Shown here piece after piece: positions 1 to 10,786 of a stretch of 64,000 nt of DNA (the stretch's first letter is position 1; each line of letters opens with the position of its first letter). A program made the position numbers and the translations under genes. Source of the DNA: a bacterium (GTDB lineage: Bacteria > Patescibacteriota > Patescibacteriia > Veblenbacterales > UBA10138); contig JAGVEX010000015.1 in assembly GCA_020057885.1 (NCBI GenBank), positions 55,862 to 119,861 of the forward strand. Direction: 5' to 3'. The notes below the pieces were generated by a model. That model saw only the letters and a list, made by a program, of their open reading frames with translations, did no database searches and was not told the origin of the DNA.

Positions 1-1
1 G

Positions 2-478
2 CTGGGTATTGCGCTTTACGGCTTATGGCCTTCGGTTGAAAATAAAAAAGTAGCTAACAAAATGCATTCAAATTTTGAACTCAAACCCGCCTTAACCTGG
101 AAAACGCAAATTGTGGAAGTGCAAATGTTGCCCAAGGGCACGCCAATTGGTTATGACCGATCTTATATAACAAAAAAACCAACGATTATGGCTGTAATTC
201 CGGTTGGTTATTGGGATGGTTATGACAGAAAATTATCAAATTCAAGTGAAGTAATAATTCACAAGACACGAGTGCCAATAATTGGTAGAATTTGTATGAA
301 CATCTCAATGGTTGATATTACCAAAGTTCCTAATGCCAAAGTTGGCGACGAGGTTATTTTAATAGGCAAAGACGGCGAGGCTGAAATAACCGCCGACGAA
401 ATAGCGAAAAAAGTAGAAACAATTAATTATGAGGCAGTAACAAGAATTAATCCTTTATTGCCAAGGGTACTAGTTTAG
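2..478 (+). CDS. alr: Alanine racemase, C-terminal part (5' end outside window)
   Basis: Frame is open from base 2 ([10 protein letters not shown]); motifs IGYD, PVGYWDG, GRICMN, TINYE. Confidence 0.93.
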   Translation: MGIALYGLWPSVENKKVANKMHSNFELKPALTWKTQIVEVQMLPKGTPIGYDRSYITKKPTIMAVIPVGYWDGYDRKLSNSSEVIIHKTRVPIIGRICMNISMVDITKVPNAKVGDEVILIGKDGEAEITADEIAKKVETINYEAVTRINPLLPRVLV

Positions 479-505
479 TTTCTAGCCAATAGTTCATAGT
501 GTTTT

Positions 506-1630
506 ATGAAAAGTAATAAAATCAAAGTTGGAGTTTTATTTGGCGGGCGTTCAGCTGAACATGAAGTTTCACTTGTTTCAGCGCGTTCGGTAATGAAAGC
601 ACTTGATAAAAAAAAGTATGAAGTTATTCCTATTGGTATTACCAAACAAGGACAATGGTTAGTGGGGGAGAGGGTCGTGGGCTTACTTGAATCAGGCACA
701 AAAATTCCACCACAACTTGCGCAAACTTTACCAGCTGACCCAACAATTAAATCTTTAATTAATTTAAAATCACCCCGACAAATATCAACTAAAGTAGATG
801 TAATATTCTCGGTACTTCATGGAACGTTTGGTGAAGATGGCACAGTGCAAGGATTATTAGAACTTGCCAACATTCCTTATGTTGGTGCTGGGGTTTTGGG
901 CTCGGCTATAGGGATGGATAAAATAGTCCAAAAAATGGCTTTTATGGCCAATAACCTGCCTACACCAGCATTTACCTATTTTACAGCCTCTTCCTGGGCT
1001 CAAAATGGGCCTAAATTAGCCTTAGAGTGTCAAAAACGACTAAAGTTACCTGTCTTTATAAAACCTGCTAATTTGGGCTCTTCTGTGGGTATAAGCAAGG
1101 CCCATAACATAAAGGAACTCAAACAAGCTATTAAACTAGCTTTAAAATATGATAGGCGAATTATTGTGGAAAAAAGTATAGAAAAAGCTATGGAGATTGA
1201 ATGCGCGGTTTTGGGTAATGATAATCCTAAAGCGTCGGTGGCAGGGCAAATTATAGCTTCTAATGAATTCTATGATTACAACGCCAAGTATGTTGATGGA
1301 AAATCAAAAGCTTTAATACCAGCACCACTACCTAAGGCTATTATGAATAAAGTACGGGAGTTGGCAGTGCAAGCCTTTAAAGTTTTGGACTTGGCTGGTA
1401 TGGCACGAGTAGATTTTTTGGTGCAAAAAAATCCTTGGCGAATTTATTTAAATGAGGTTAATACAATTCCGGGTTTTACTTCCATTAGTATGTACCCTAA
1501 ATTGTGGGAAAATTCAGGATTGCCTTACGCTAAATTATTGGACAAACTTATTGCCTTGGCCCTTGAACGTTTTAATGTTAAAACTAAATTATTAACTTCG
1601 TACCGTCCTAAAAAATCATGGTATCGTTAA
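506..1630 (+). CDS. ddl: D-alanine--D-alanine ligase
   Basis: [36 protein letters not shown] motifs. Confidence 0.97.
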   Translation: MKSNKIKVGVLFGGRSAEHEVSLVSARSVMKALDKKKYEVIPIGITKQGQWLVGERVVGLLESGTKIPPQLAQTLPADPTIKSLINLKSPRQISTKVDVIFSVLHGTFGEDGTVQGLLELANIPYVGAGVLGSAIGMDKIVQKMAFMANNLPTPAFTYFTASSWAQNGPKLALECQKRLKLPVFIKPANLGSSVGISKAHNIKELKQAIKLALKYDRRIIVEKSIEKAMEIECAVLGNDNPKASVAGQIIASNEFYDYNAKYVDGKSKALIPAPLPKAIMNKVRELAVQAFKVLDLAGMARVDFLVQKNPWRIYLNEVNTIPGFTSISMYPKLWENSGLPYAKLLDKLIALALERFNVKTKLLTSYRPKKSWYR

Positions 1631-2535
1631 CTTCTTGGCGCACCACAGCGCCGCGACCTCGTGCGCGTCGCGATTTTTCACATTCAACTTACCGTACTCC
1701 AACTACAGTGAGGCATCTTTCTCGTGCCTACAATTTAAAATCCAAGTCAAAGTGGCAATATTGGCGCTGGAAAATTTTAGGTACGTTAATTTTATTGGCA
1801 TTGTTAATACTAATATATTCTCCCTTATTTACTATTAAAAACATTATTATAAATAATGCGCCTTCGATCGAAACAGAACAGCGTATTAAACAAATTGTCA
1901 CTAATATAATTCAAGAAAAAAAAATATCTCTATTTCCGCAATCAAGTTTATTATTTTTTAATACCATTGATGCACAAAACACTATAAATAAAGAGTTTTA
2001 TATTGAGGGTTTAAATTTTGTCCGCCATTGGCCTAATGTTTTACGTATTAGCGCCCCCCAGGGTGTTACGGTGGCGGTGTGGTACACTCCAGCCTCTATT
2101 GATAATAAAAACGAAATAGGGGAGAGTGTTTATCTTTTAAATAAAAATGGCGCTTTGGTTCAGCAATTATCACCAAATGCGGTGGTTGACAATGAATTAA
2201 TTGCGATCAAAGAAACGAAATTCGCCGTGCATCAACTTGGTGAGCAAGTAGTTACACAAAAAATTGCTGAATTTATAAATAATCTAAATAATGCCTGGCG
2301 CCAGGAGTTACCACAACTAACGTTGGATTATATAAAATTTGATTCATCTGCCATACCAACACTCCAAATTTATACCAAGGATCAATGGTATGTGTCATTT
2401 TCATCCCAAGAGGACGCTTTGTTGCAAGTGGTTGCCCTAAAACGTTTACTAGATGATAAAATTAAAGGGGATACCAGTAAGCTTGAATATATTGATGTAC
2501 GCTTTGGCACAAAACTTTATTACAAATTAAAATAA
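1618..2535 (+). CDS. FtsQ/DivIB-like cell division protein
   Basis: Basic N-tail, single TM, POTRA-like region, C-terminal YIDVRFG; follows ddl. Confidence 0.7.
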   Translation: MVSLTSWRTTAPRPRARRDFSHSTYRTPTTVRHLSRAYNLKSKSKWQYWRWKILGTLILLALLILIYSPLFTIKNIIINNAPSIETEQRIKQIVTNIIQEKKISLFPQSSLLFFNTIDAQNTINKEFYIEGLNFVRHWPNVLRISAPQGVTVAVWYTPASIDNKNEIGESVYLLNKNGALVQQLSPNAVVDNELIAIKETKFAVHQLGEQVVTQKIAEFINNLNNAWRQELPQLTLDYIKFDSSAIPTLQIYTKDQWYVSFSSQEDALLQVVALKRLLDDKIKGDTSKLEYIDVRFGTKLYYKLK

Positions 2536-2537
2536 AA

Positions 2538-2564
2538 GGTGTATGCATAAATTTCGCATACACC
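2538..2564 (+). terminator. Stem-loop after the ddl-ftsQ operon
   Basis: ggtgtatgc-9nt-gcatacacc inverted repeat immediately after the stop codon. Confidence 0.45.
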
Positions 2565-3085
2565 TGTAGGATGTTCGACCCGTTTTTTTCCTCCGTTTAC
2601 ATAACAGAGTATGCAACCCTACACCCTAAATACTTAAGGGTTGCTAGGCACGCGCATTGGGTGTTATACAGAGCATTTTATTGCTCTAGGCCTGCACCAA
2701 CGCACGCTTGGACACGGTATCTATTGTCTCCTAAAAAAATTGCAGGCCTTTTATTTTGCTTGGCTAGTACTTTATACCAATTGACTATTTTGGGCAAGAT
2801 GGGGGATACCCAAAAAGAATCACTTAAGAAGTCTGTGATTTTATGATACTAGACACCCTTAAAAACAATCTGGAGCAAATTAAGAGGTCGTAAAAAATAA
2901 ATATAGATAAAAATATCATACAAAAATCATTATGGAGAATACCAACAATCTAATCATAAGAAATTATCCCCAAAGCTTAGGGGAGACATATAATATCCGT
3001 GTTTTGGCTGAATTTGACCACTTTTTAACTATATGATAAGCTGAGTATAATATCCCTTACACTCAGTTAGATATACTATAAATAT

Positions 3086-4054
3086 ATGGTTAACCCTAAA
3101 ACAAGTTCTCGTGGTCAAGCTGAGATACTTCCCTCACTAGATGACTTTTTGCTTTCTCTACAAACAAATAATTATTCTCCGGAAACTATTTATAATTATG
3201 AAAGGGATTTAAAAGTCTTTGCGGAATTCCTACAGGAGTTAAACTTACCTTTTGCCAAACTTGATAAAAAGGCCATAGATCGCTATAAGGCTTATTTAAC
3301 ATCTAGGGATAGGCTTACCAGTGCTCATATTGCGTCGGAAAAGCGTTTAAAAAGCTATTCCATAAACCGTATGCTCTCAAGTTTAAGAGCTTTTTTAAGA
3401 TACTTAATTGAAATGGATCAGCCTACTCCCCTATCTCCCGAGGCTATAAAATTAGTTAAAACAGAAAAAAAACATCCGCAGGTAGCTGAACTTTATGAAT
3501 TAGTGAAATTAATTGAATCACCTAACGCTTTAGAAAAAAATAAATTAATGGCCTTGCGTAATCGCGCTATGTTAGAAGTGCTTTTTGCCACCGGACTGCG
3601 TATTTCTGAGCTTGTTAATTTAAATAGAACGCAAATTGACAACACTGGACGAATTTTTGTAATGGGCAAGGGTAAAAAGGAACGCTTTGTTTATCTAACG
3701 CCACGTGCTATGAGACATATTGCCACATATTTAAAAACCAGAACTGACAATTTATCATCTCTGTTTATCCCCTATCGCGGAGAAAATTCAGGTAAAACAA
3801 ATAAACACATTTCTACAAATTATTTGCAAATGAAAATTAAACAGTATCGAGAAATATTGCGCATTAACGTGCCTACTTCGGCGCACTCACTAAGACATGG
3901 CTTTGCGACCTATCTCGCTGAACAAGGTGCTAATCCGGCGGCTATTCAAGTACTTTTGGGACATGAATCGCTTGATACTACAACTCGTTATGTGCACGCT
4001 TCGGATAAATATGCCGAAACAACCCATCGTAAATTCCATCCCTTGAAAGAATAG
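3086..4054 (+). CDS. XerC/XerD-family tyrosine recombinase
   Basis: SAM-like N-domain (YSPETIYNY), TGLRISE, GKGKKER, HSLRH, LGH, TRY catalytic set. Confidence 0.92.
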   Translation: MVNPKTSSRGQAEILPSLDDFLLSLQTNNYSPETIYNYERDLKVFAEFLQELNLPFAKLDKKAIDRYKAYLTSRDRLTSAHIASEKRLKSYSINRMLSSLRAFLRYLIEMDQPTPLSPEAIKLVKTEKKHPQVAELYELVKLIESPNALEKNKLMALRNRAMLEVLFATGLRISELVNLNRTQIDNTGRIFVMGKGKKERFVYLTPRAMRHIATYLKTRTDNLSSLFIPYRGENSGKTNKHISTNYLQMKIKQYREILRINVPTSAHSLRHGFATYLAEQGANPAAIQVLLGHESLDTTTRYVHASDKYAETTHRKFHPLKE

Positions 4055-4079
4055 TAAAACATTCACTAATGTTATTACC

Positions 4080-4117
4080 TATGTCAAAAAGTGTCCGGCC
4101 GGACACTTTTTGACATA
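4080..4117. repeat. Perfect 38-bp palindrome
   Basis: tatgtcaaaaagtgtccgg|ccggacactttttgacata, between the convergent xer and MFS genes. Confidence 0.9.
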
Positions 4118-4181
4118 TTGAATAACTATCATAAATACACAACCAAATCATTATCGCAAATCAGGTCTATAAACCTAAAAA

Positions 4182-5396
4182 TCAATCCATAATCATATTT
4201 GTTTCTGGTGTTTCAACTGTTGGTACTAGGGAAATCTTTTTACGCTGGCATAATACAGTTATAAAAGCCAAGAACATAAAACCAGCAGCTAACCAAAATG
4301 GCAGAGCTGGTTTGATATTAAATAATGCACCAGCGATTAAGGGACCTGCCACCATACCTAAAGACATAATGGAATTCAAAACACCAATCACCTCTCCCCT
4401 GCCATTAAGCGGCGCGGCGCCAACCATTTGGCTTGTCATAACCACACGCAAAACTGATTGACAAATTATATTTAATATCATACCAACAATAAAATAAATT
4501 CCGGCAGGTAAACTCAAAAATATAAAAGCTATAAACATAACCAGTAAAAGCCATAATTGCAAATCGGGTTCGGCAAATTTTTTTAACCAAAAATGCTTTA
4601 AACCAACCCCTTGGTTCAAAGCTATACCAACACCAACGCCAGCCATCAGCCAACCGGTTCCAGCGATTCCAACGTTAAAAATTTGAAGTAAATACAAAGC
4701 CATAACAGATTGCTGTGTAGCAAGAGCCAAACTGAACAAAAACCAAACTGAATATAATGGACGTAATATTTTATTTTTAGCAGCCGCGATTACTGGACGT
4801 AAGGGATGAATTTGCTGCCACCAAACTAGTCCAAATTTATCTGCCAAATGCTTATTAGTTTCTGGCAAAAAGAAATAAACAAATAATAAGTTCAAAGTTG
4901 CCAAAATAGTAACAAACCAAAATGGCGCGTGTGGATGCGCCGAGCCAAGTAAACCTCCAATGGCTGGGCCAATAATAAAACCAATGCCAAAAACAGCTCC
5001 TAAAACTCCCAAATTATGAGTCCTGTCCTTATCGTCAACCGATAAATCGGTAATAACACTATGAGCCGTGGAAATATTGCCAGCTGCCAAACCATCTATA
5101 ATTCTACCTATAAAAAGCCAAATAATAGATGGCGCTAGGGCAAACATTAGCCATCCTAGGGCAGTAGAAAAAATGCTGGCGATTAAAATCGGACGGCGGC
5201 CATATCTATCGGATAAAACTCCCAGTACTGGCGTAGAAAAAAACGAGCATAAAGAAAAAACAGCAAACAAGGTTGTTATGGTGGCCGCACCCACGCCAAA
5301 ATCCAAAACATAAAAAGGCAATGATGGTATAACAATACCAATGCCTATAACATCTACTAAAACAGTTAGAATAATGGCGACTTTTGCTTTTGACAT
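4182..5396 (-). CDS. MFS transporter, TetA/DHA1-like
   Basis: Motif A GVLSDRYGRRP, motif C GFIIGPAIGG, about 12 TM; start MSKAKVA preferred. Confidence 0.9.
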   Translation of the reverse strand: MSKAKVAIILTVLVDVIGIGIVIPSLPFYVLDFGVGAATITTLFAVFSLCSFFSTPVLGVLSDRYGRRPILIASIFSTALGWLMFALAPSIIWLFIGRIIDGLAAGNISTAHSVITDLSVDDKDRTHNLGVLGAVFGIGFIIGPAIGGLLGSAHPHAPFWFVTILATLNLLFVYFFLPETNKHLADKFGLVWWQQIHPLRPVIAAAKNKILRPLYSVWFLFSLALATQQSVMALYLLQIFNVGIAGTGWLMAGVGVGIALNQGVGLKHFWLKKFAEPDLQLWLLLVMFIAFIFLSLPAGIYFIVGMILNIICQSVLRVVMTSQMVGAAPLNGRGEVIGVLNSIMSLGMVAGPLIAGALFNIKPALPFWLAAGFMFLAFITVLCQRKKISLVPTVETPETNMIMD

Positions 5397-5553
5397 TAGA
5401 ATTAAATAGTAACAATTACTTAAACAAAAGTCCACGATCAGTAAAGAGTTTAATTTCGACCTAGTATCATATTTTTAGATAGTATTGAACTTGACTTTTT
5501 GAGCTATTCAAGTAAAATCTAATCAATTAAATTGAACCTTAAAAACTCAATAT

Positions 5554-6279
5554 TTGAAAGGTATGGAAATGAAAAGACAAGTTACGGCGCTAATCGTCGT
5601 GGTTACAGTACTCACTATACTGTATACAACTATGTTTGCGCAGCATGAACCTACGCAACCAAACGCTACAAGAGACACCTTGTTTATTAAAGGCATATAC
5701 CACGGCCTTATTGCGCCAGCGACAGCCATCTCGGGATTGTTCACCGCCAGTATTGTTACAGCAGAAAAAAATGAAAAAAAATCTCCATATACTTATGGGT
5801 ATATGATAGGCATATACTTACTGCCGTTTCTCATCGCAGGATTAGACCAGCTGTGTGTGTGGAGAAATGAACGGGGAAACATATCGTTTAGTACTATAGA
5901 CAAAATCTATAAAAAACTTCGCCTAGTGGTGTGGGTCTATCTGGCAGTAATGATACTTTTAACTGTTCTATTTGCGACTTCAAAAATTTCACCGCAGGAT
6001 ATCAATGCACCAATAATCAACTTTAGAATACTTACCGGCTCTGCTGACCAGTTAATCGCGTGCATAGTTTTATTTATTTCTGGTTTAGTTTACCCGATTC
6101 TATTGCTTGGTCACTTAATACTCGGCCCTCTGGACAACTTCTACGGCCTTGGTGCGCCGCTACAACAGCTCTATGGTTGGCAAGCGATTGTCTTACTTAT
6201 TGGCATCTGGATATGGCCAGTAGTGCGAATGGATGAAGATGAGTTTGGCATGCCTAGCTCCGGAGACAGTGGCTGCTAA
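5554..6279 (+). CDS. Hypothetical membrane protein
   Basis: 241-aa ORF with several hydrophobic segments; no family recognised. Confidence 0.6.
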   Translation: MKGMEMKRQVTALIVVVTVLTILYTTMFAQHEPTQPNATRDTLFIKGIYHGLIAPATAISGLFTASIVTAEKNEKKSPYTYGYMIGIYLLPFLIAGLDQLCVWRNERGNISFSTIDKIYKKLRLVVWVYLAVMILLTVLFATSKISPQDINAPIINFRILTGSADQLIACIVLFISGLVYPILLLGHLILGPLDNFYGLGAPLQQLYGWQAIVLLIGIWIWPVVRMDEDEFGMPSSGDSGC

Positions 6280-6311
6280 TAAAATAAAAATTATCATCAA
6301 AAAATTGAATG

Positions 6312-6343
6312 AACCCGCTTGATATCAACCAGAGCGGGTTTTA
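6312..6343 (+). terminator. Intrinsic terminator
   Basis: aacccgct...agcgggtt followed by a T-rich tail. Confidence 0.55.
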
Positions 6344-6436
6344 TTTACCTTAAAACTACCCCCTATATCAGGCGGTCCAAAAATCTATAGCTCCATATCA
6401 TGCCTGCCAGTGGCAAGGACGACGTTAGAACTAAGA

Positions 6437-7036
6437 TTATCCTAAACTACGTTTTCGTGCCCAGATGACGCTACCTAAAATTGCAGAACATATTAGAAAT
6501 ATATATATAGGAAACGCGAGTAAAATAAAATTCCATTGACCAACTGCCAAGGCACCAAACAAGCCTGCTAATACAGTTAACACCCAAGATATAATTGATT
6601 CAGAATTAGGATATTCCAGTGATTTCATTATAGTTAACACGCCACCACTAGCATCAATTAGAATCGCTATGAACAAAGCCACAGCTGGTTCTTGAGTAAT
6701 ATACCACAAGACTAGCGCCATAATTGTAAAACTAAAGGCAATAATATCTCTTTTTAGAAAACCACCAATACCATACTTGATAGATACAATAAATATTAAT
6801 AAATCACCAATGGTCTGAACGCCAGGTAACCATAAAGAAGATCCTGCGCCCTTAGCTAACTGAGTCCAAAATAAAATACTTCCTAGTAAAGCCCAAATTA
6901 ACCAGGAAGCCCTTTCTGGTTTAGTACGGTGTGTAAATATACTAAATAAGTACGGGACGAATGATAATAAAATCAAAATACCCGAGATATATCCAAAATA
7001 TTCGGTAAACATAAAAAGATTAAGACTTTGGTACAT
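6437..7036 (-). CDS. Hypothetical membrane protein with two-fold TM repeat (PQ-loop-like)
   Basis: PY...KP..ASW and P..ES..SW repeats; about 7 TM. Confidence 0.65.
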   Translation of the reverse strand: MYQSLNLFMFTEYFGYISGILILLSFVPYLFSIFTHRTKPERASWLIWALLGSILFWTQLAKGAGSSLWLPGVQTIGDLLIFIVSIKYGIGGFLKRDIIAFSFTIMALVLWYITQEPAVALFIAILIDASGGVLTIMKSLEYPNSESIISWVLTVLAGLFGALAVGQWNFILLAFPIYIFLICSAILGSVIWARKRSLG

Positions 7037-7058
7037 ATCTTAATTCCAGTAGTTTAAT

Positions 7059-8033
7059 TTACCAGGAGCATCCCTTTGGACACAAAATAAAATATCCAGC
7101 TAATAAATATAAATATCCTAAAGGAAAAAATTGCAGGCCCAAAAAAGGAATTATCCACCAATAAGAAATTCTTGTTTTTTTAATCCAAAAAACACTTATA
7201 TAAATAAATAAAAGAATTGCAAAAACTACGGGAATTATAAAGGCAGTAACTAAATTAAAATAAAAAACGGCTGTGAGTACTCTAGCAATTATATAATAAA
7301 ATAAAACTGGAATGCATTGTAATAAAACAAAAATTATTGATAACATTAAATACTTAAGAAATTTGTTTTCTTTTAATGGCACAGTTATTTTGGACTGATT
7401 GGGTTCAATATTTATATCGTTAGACATATATTTTGTAGGTATTTTATTAAAAATATAAATTATAAATCCGGCGCTAACACCGAGTGTTAAACTAACACAA
7501 AAAATGGGAATAAAACCTAACCCTAACCAGTCGGCAAACTGCGCCCCAAAAAGAAAACTAAAAAAAACAACTGTTCCAATAATTGTATTAGATTTAATTT
7601 TATCTGCACTCATAGTAGCAACATGTTGTATATTTTTTTTCCTAAATCTCAATCCTATTACAAAACAAGTAGCACAAAATAAACTTAATACCCCCCCCCA
7701 TCCCACCTTTTCAATTTTGACTTCAGTGCCCCAAGCTAAGAAAAAAAATAGTAAAGCAAATATAAGCACTAAAATATATGGACTTTTGGAACGGTACCAA
7801 GACAACAATTCTTGCTTCTGTTCTTCTCCATCAGCACGGAGTGTATGTGCCACGTCTTTAAAGAATAATACTCTAGTACCCCAAACAGTTCCCATGGTAA
7901 TTAAAACAATTAATATCAAAGCTATCTTTGTACTTATATACTGCCCCGATACGAGTTGAAAAATTAGCCAAAGATAAATCACCCCAACAATTGAAATAGA
8001 AAAACATATTTTGATAAATCTTGTAATATTCAT
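7059..8033 (-). CDS. Hypothetical multi-pass membrane protein
   Basis: 324-aa hydrophobic ORF in operon with the M23 peptidase. Confidence 0.6.
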   Translation of the reverse strand: MNITRFIKICFSISIVGVIYLWLIFQLVSGQYISTKIALILIVLITMGTVWGTRVLFFKDVAHTLRADGEEQKQELLSWYRSKSPYILVLIFALLFFFLAWGTEVKIEKVGWGGVLSLFCATCFVIGLRFRKKNIQHVATMSADKIKSNTIIGTVVFFSFLFGAQFADWLGLGFIPIFCVSLTLGVSAGFIIYIFNKIPTKYMSNDINIEPNQSKITVPLKENKFLKYLMLSIIFVLLQCIPVLFYYIIARVLTAVFYFNLVTAFIIPVVFAILLFIYISVFWIKKTRISYWWIIPFLGLQFFPLGYLYLLAGYFILCPKGCSW

Positions 8034-8043
8034 ATAAAAAAAT

Positions 8044-9240
8044 CTATGGTAAATAATCCAACGGATTTACTGGGATGCCATTGGAACGAACTTCAAAATG
8101 TAAATGCGGTCCAGTGGTTAAACTCCCCGCTCCCCTGGTGCCAGGCAAACCGCCGCTGGCGCCTATTATTTGCCCTTTGTTTACAAAAGTACCTTCTTGC
8201 ACATCAATACGGCTAACGTGCCCATAAACTGTAGAAAAACCACCATTATGTACCAACATAATATAGCTATAGCCCAAACCAGCATCTTTGGCGCGCGCCA
8301 CATAGCCCGAAGCCGCCGCTTTAATTGGTGTACTTTGTGCCGTAGGAATATCTATACCAGGGTGTTCAAAATACTTGCGGAAAATATAAGTGGGATCGTA
8401 AAAATAAGTTGAGAGTCCTTTTTTAGCTGTTACCGGCCAAATAAGCACTGTGTTGCCAAACTGATCCAAACTGCCAGAACCAGTTGATTTTAATTTCTTT
8501 CTTACCTCATCTTCCAAATTTTTAATATCGCGGTTAGCCTGTTCTTGTTCTTGGACTGCCTGATAAAGCAACGACTGGAATTTACTCTCAGAAAGTTTGG
8601 TTTGTTTTAATAAATCCTGCTTGGTTTGTTGTTGTACAGTCAAAACAGATTTAGAGGTTGAGAGATCTTCCTTGGTTTTAACTAATTGCGAACGCAAATT
8701 AGCCAAATCCTGTTGGCGGTGCTCCAATTCAGTTTTGAGAGTTTGTAAATTATTAATATTATCTTGTAAATTTCTTTGTAAGGTTTCCAAATAATTTATT
8801 TGTTCAAAAAACTCGCCCAACGATGTATTGAGAACGGCGATTTCTAAAAGGCTACGTTGATCTTCACGGTTAAGTTGACGCAAAGCTTCAGCAATTTTAG
8901 ATTTTTTATCTGTTATATCACGCTCTTTAGCCGCAATATCAAGTGTAACCGACTGTATTTGCAGGGTTGTAGTATTTAACTTAAGTTCGTTGGATTTAAT
9001 ATCAAGCTCTGCCTGCGCGACTTTATCATCTAGCACAGCCATCTGTTGTTTTAAAGTAGCGGCATCACCTTGTTTTTGCGCAATAGCTTTTTGATATTGC
9101 TCAATTTGTTTCTTAAGTTCTTCAATGCGTTGCTGTTTGGTTTGAATTTGATTATTAATTTCAGTAACAGTTTCTGCTCGCGCTACCAAAAATGGTGCAC
9201 TTATAAAAATCAGTAAAAATAAGACTCGAAGAAATTTCAT
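8044..9240 (-). CDS. Coiled-coil M23 peptidase (EnvC/CwlO-like murein hydrolase)
   Basis: Signal peptide, long coiled coil, HPGID and HLHFEVR Zn motifs. Confidence 0.92.
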   Translation of the reverse strand: MKFLRVLFLLIFISAPFLVARAETVTEINNQIQTKQQRIEELKKQIEQYQKAIAQKQGDAATLKQQMAVLDDKVAQAELDIKSNELKLNTTTLQIQSVTLDIAAKERDITDKKSKIAEALRQLNREDQRSLLEIAVLNTSLGEFFEQINYLETLQRNLQDNINNLQTLKTELEHRQQDLANLRSQLVKTKEDLSTSKSVLTVQQQTKQDLLKQTKLSESKFQSLLYQAVQEQEQANRDIKNLEDEVRKKLKSTGSGSLDQFGNTVLIWPVTAKKGLSTYFYDPTYIFRKYFEHPGIDIPTAQSTPIKAAASGYVARAKDAGLGYSYIMLVHNGGFSTVYGHVSRIDVQEGTFVNKGQIIGASGGLPGTRGAGSLTTGPHLHFEVRSNGIPVNPLDYLP

Positions 9241-9243
9241 AAT

Positions 9244-10698
9244 TTAAGCTAGAACTTTTTGAGCGTCAAGCAAGCGTTTTAAGCATTCTTCGCGTCCCAG
9301 TACAAAAGCTACCTCAAACACATCAGGTGATTGCCGCTCGCCGGTTAAAGCCACACGTACGGGCCACAAAAGCTCACCGCGTGTAAAAGTGCCAGGCCGC
9401 ACCAACACCTCAAAAGCATTGCGCAATTCCTCAACTTCCCATTTTTTATCACCATAATCAATTAATAATTCATAGGCCAATTGCAAGGCTGATTTTGTTT
9501 TAGCCAAATTTCCAGCTTTGGGAATTAAAATATCAGCTGTTAATTTAAAATCGCTTACAAAATACCAATGCGTAAACTCGTTTATATCCTTTAATATTAT
9601 CAAACGGGACTGCAAAATTTGGGTTAGGGCGCGCGTAGTGCCAATTTTCTGTCCAGTGGTTTGAGCTAAAGCTTTATAAAAAGGCTTAAGCAAATTATCT
9701 AATTTAACCAAGGTGAGTTTTTTTATATATTCCGCGTTGAACCAACGCAATTTTTGCATACTAAAAATTGCTCCACCTTTTTGCACTCTATCCAAATCAA
9801 ATTCCTTAACCAATTCTTCTAAGCTAAAAATTTCTCTGTCGTCTTGGGGGTGCCAACCAAGTAATGCCAAAAAATTAGTTAAAGCTTCTGGTAAAAAACC
9901 ATCACGCTCATAAGTTTGCACCCAAACAGCTTCGCCGTCTTTACGTTTGGAGAGTTTAGCGCGCTTATCATTTAACACATTTGGCAAATGCGCAAACTCA
10001 GGCGGCTGCCAGCCAAAAGCTTCGTACAAAAGCAAATGCTTAGGCGTAGATGGCAACCATTCCTCGCCACGTATAACATGTGTAATTTGCATTAAATGGT
10101 CATCTACCACATTAGCCAAGTGGTAAGTGGGAAAGCCATCGGACTTTAAAAGCACTTGATCATCCAAATTGCTATTATCTACACATACTTCACCACGAAC
10201 CTTATCTGTAAAAATTGTTTTACCTTCTGGTACTTTTAAACGAATAACAAATTTCTCTCCCCTTGCCAACCGCTCTTTAACATTATCAGGTGTTAGTTTA
10301 AGGCATTCGCGATCGTATTTTGTAGGCTGCTTTTGTGATTGCTGAAGCTCACGTAAAATTTCCAAACGCGAAAGTTCACAAAAACAATAATAAGCGCTAC
10401 CTTTATCCACTAATTCATGCGCATATTTTTGATAAAGCTCCAAACGCTCTGATTGAATATAAGGCCCAAACTCACCTTTAATATCCGGCCCTTCATCCCA
10501 CTCTAAACCAAGCCACTTTAAACCTTGTAAAATTCTGTCTAAACTGCCAGGTACAAAACGTTCTTGGTCGGTATCTTCTATACGAATAATAAACTTGCCC
10601 TTATTTTTTCGGGCAAACAAATAATTATAAAGCGCAGTACGGGCGCCGCCAATATGAAGTTCTCCGGTTGGTGATGGTGCAAAACGAACACGAAACAT
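9244..10698 (-). CDS. gltX: Glutamate--tRNA ligase
   Basis: RFAPSPTG, HIGG, KLSKR class I signatures. Confidence 0.97.
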   Translation of the reverse strand: MFRVRFAPSPTGELHIGGARTALYNYLFARKNKGKFIIRIEDTDQERFVPGSLDRILQGLKWLGLEWDEGPDIKGEFGPYIQSERLELYQKYAHELVDKGSAYYCFCELSRLEILRELQQSQKQPTKYDRECLKLTPDNVKERLARGEKFVIRLKVPEGKTIFTDKVRGEVCVDNSNLDDQVLLKSDGFPTYHLANVVDDHLMQITHVIRGEEWLPSTPKHLLLYEAFGWQPPEFAHLPNVLNDKRAKLSKRKDGEAVWVQTYERDGFLPEALTNFLALLGWHPQDDREIFSLEELVKEFDLDRVQKGGAIFSMQKLRWFNAEYIKKLTLVKLDNLLKPFYKALAQTTGQKIGTTRALTQILQSRLIILKDINEFTHWYFVSDFKLTADILIPKAGNLAKTKSALQLAYELLIDYGDKKWEVEELRNAFEVLVRPGTFTRGELLWPVRVALTGERQSPDVFEVAFVLGREECLKRLLDAQKVLA

Positions 10699-10786
10699 AC
10701 AAAGTGAAATCCTAAATTCTAATATCTAAATCTTAAACACTTTAACATTTGAATTTTGAAATTAGAATTTGTTTAAATATTAAAAA

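Noticed and set aside
2571-3085. ORF 2571-2846, or dif/oriC in this intergenic region
   Set aside because: The ORF has no recognisable features; no dif consensus and only one mismatched DnaA-box-like 9-mer found by eye.
3086-4054. Prophage or integron integrase
   Set aside because: Xer-like size and motifs, no IntI insertion, no phage genes or attC array seen.
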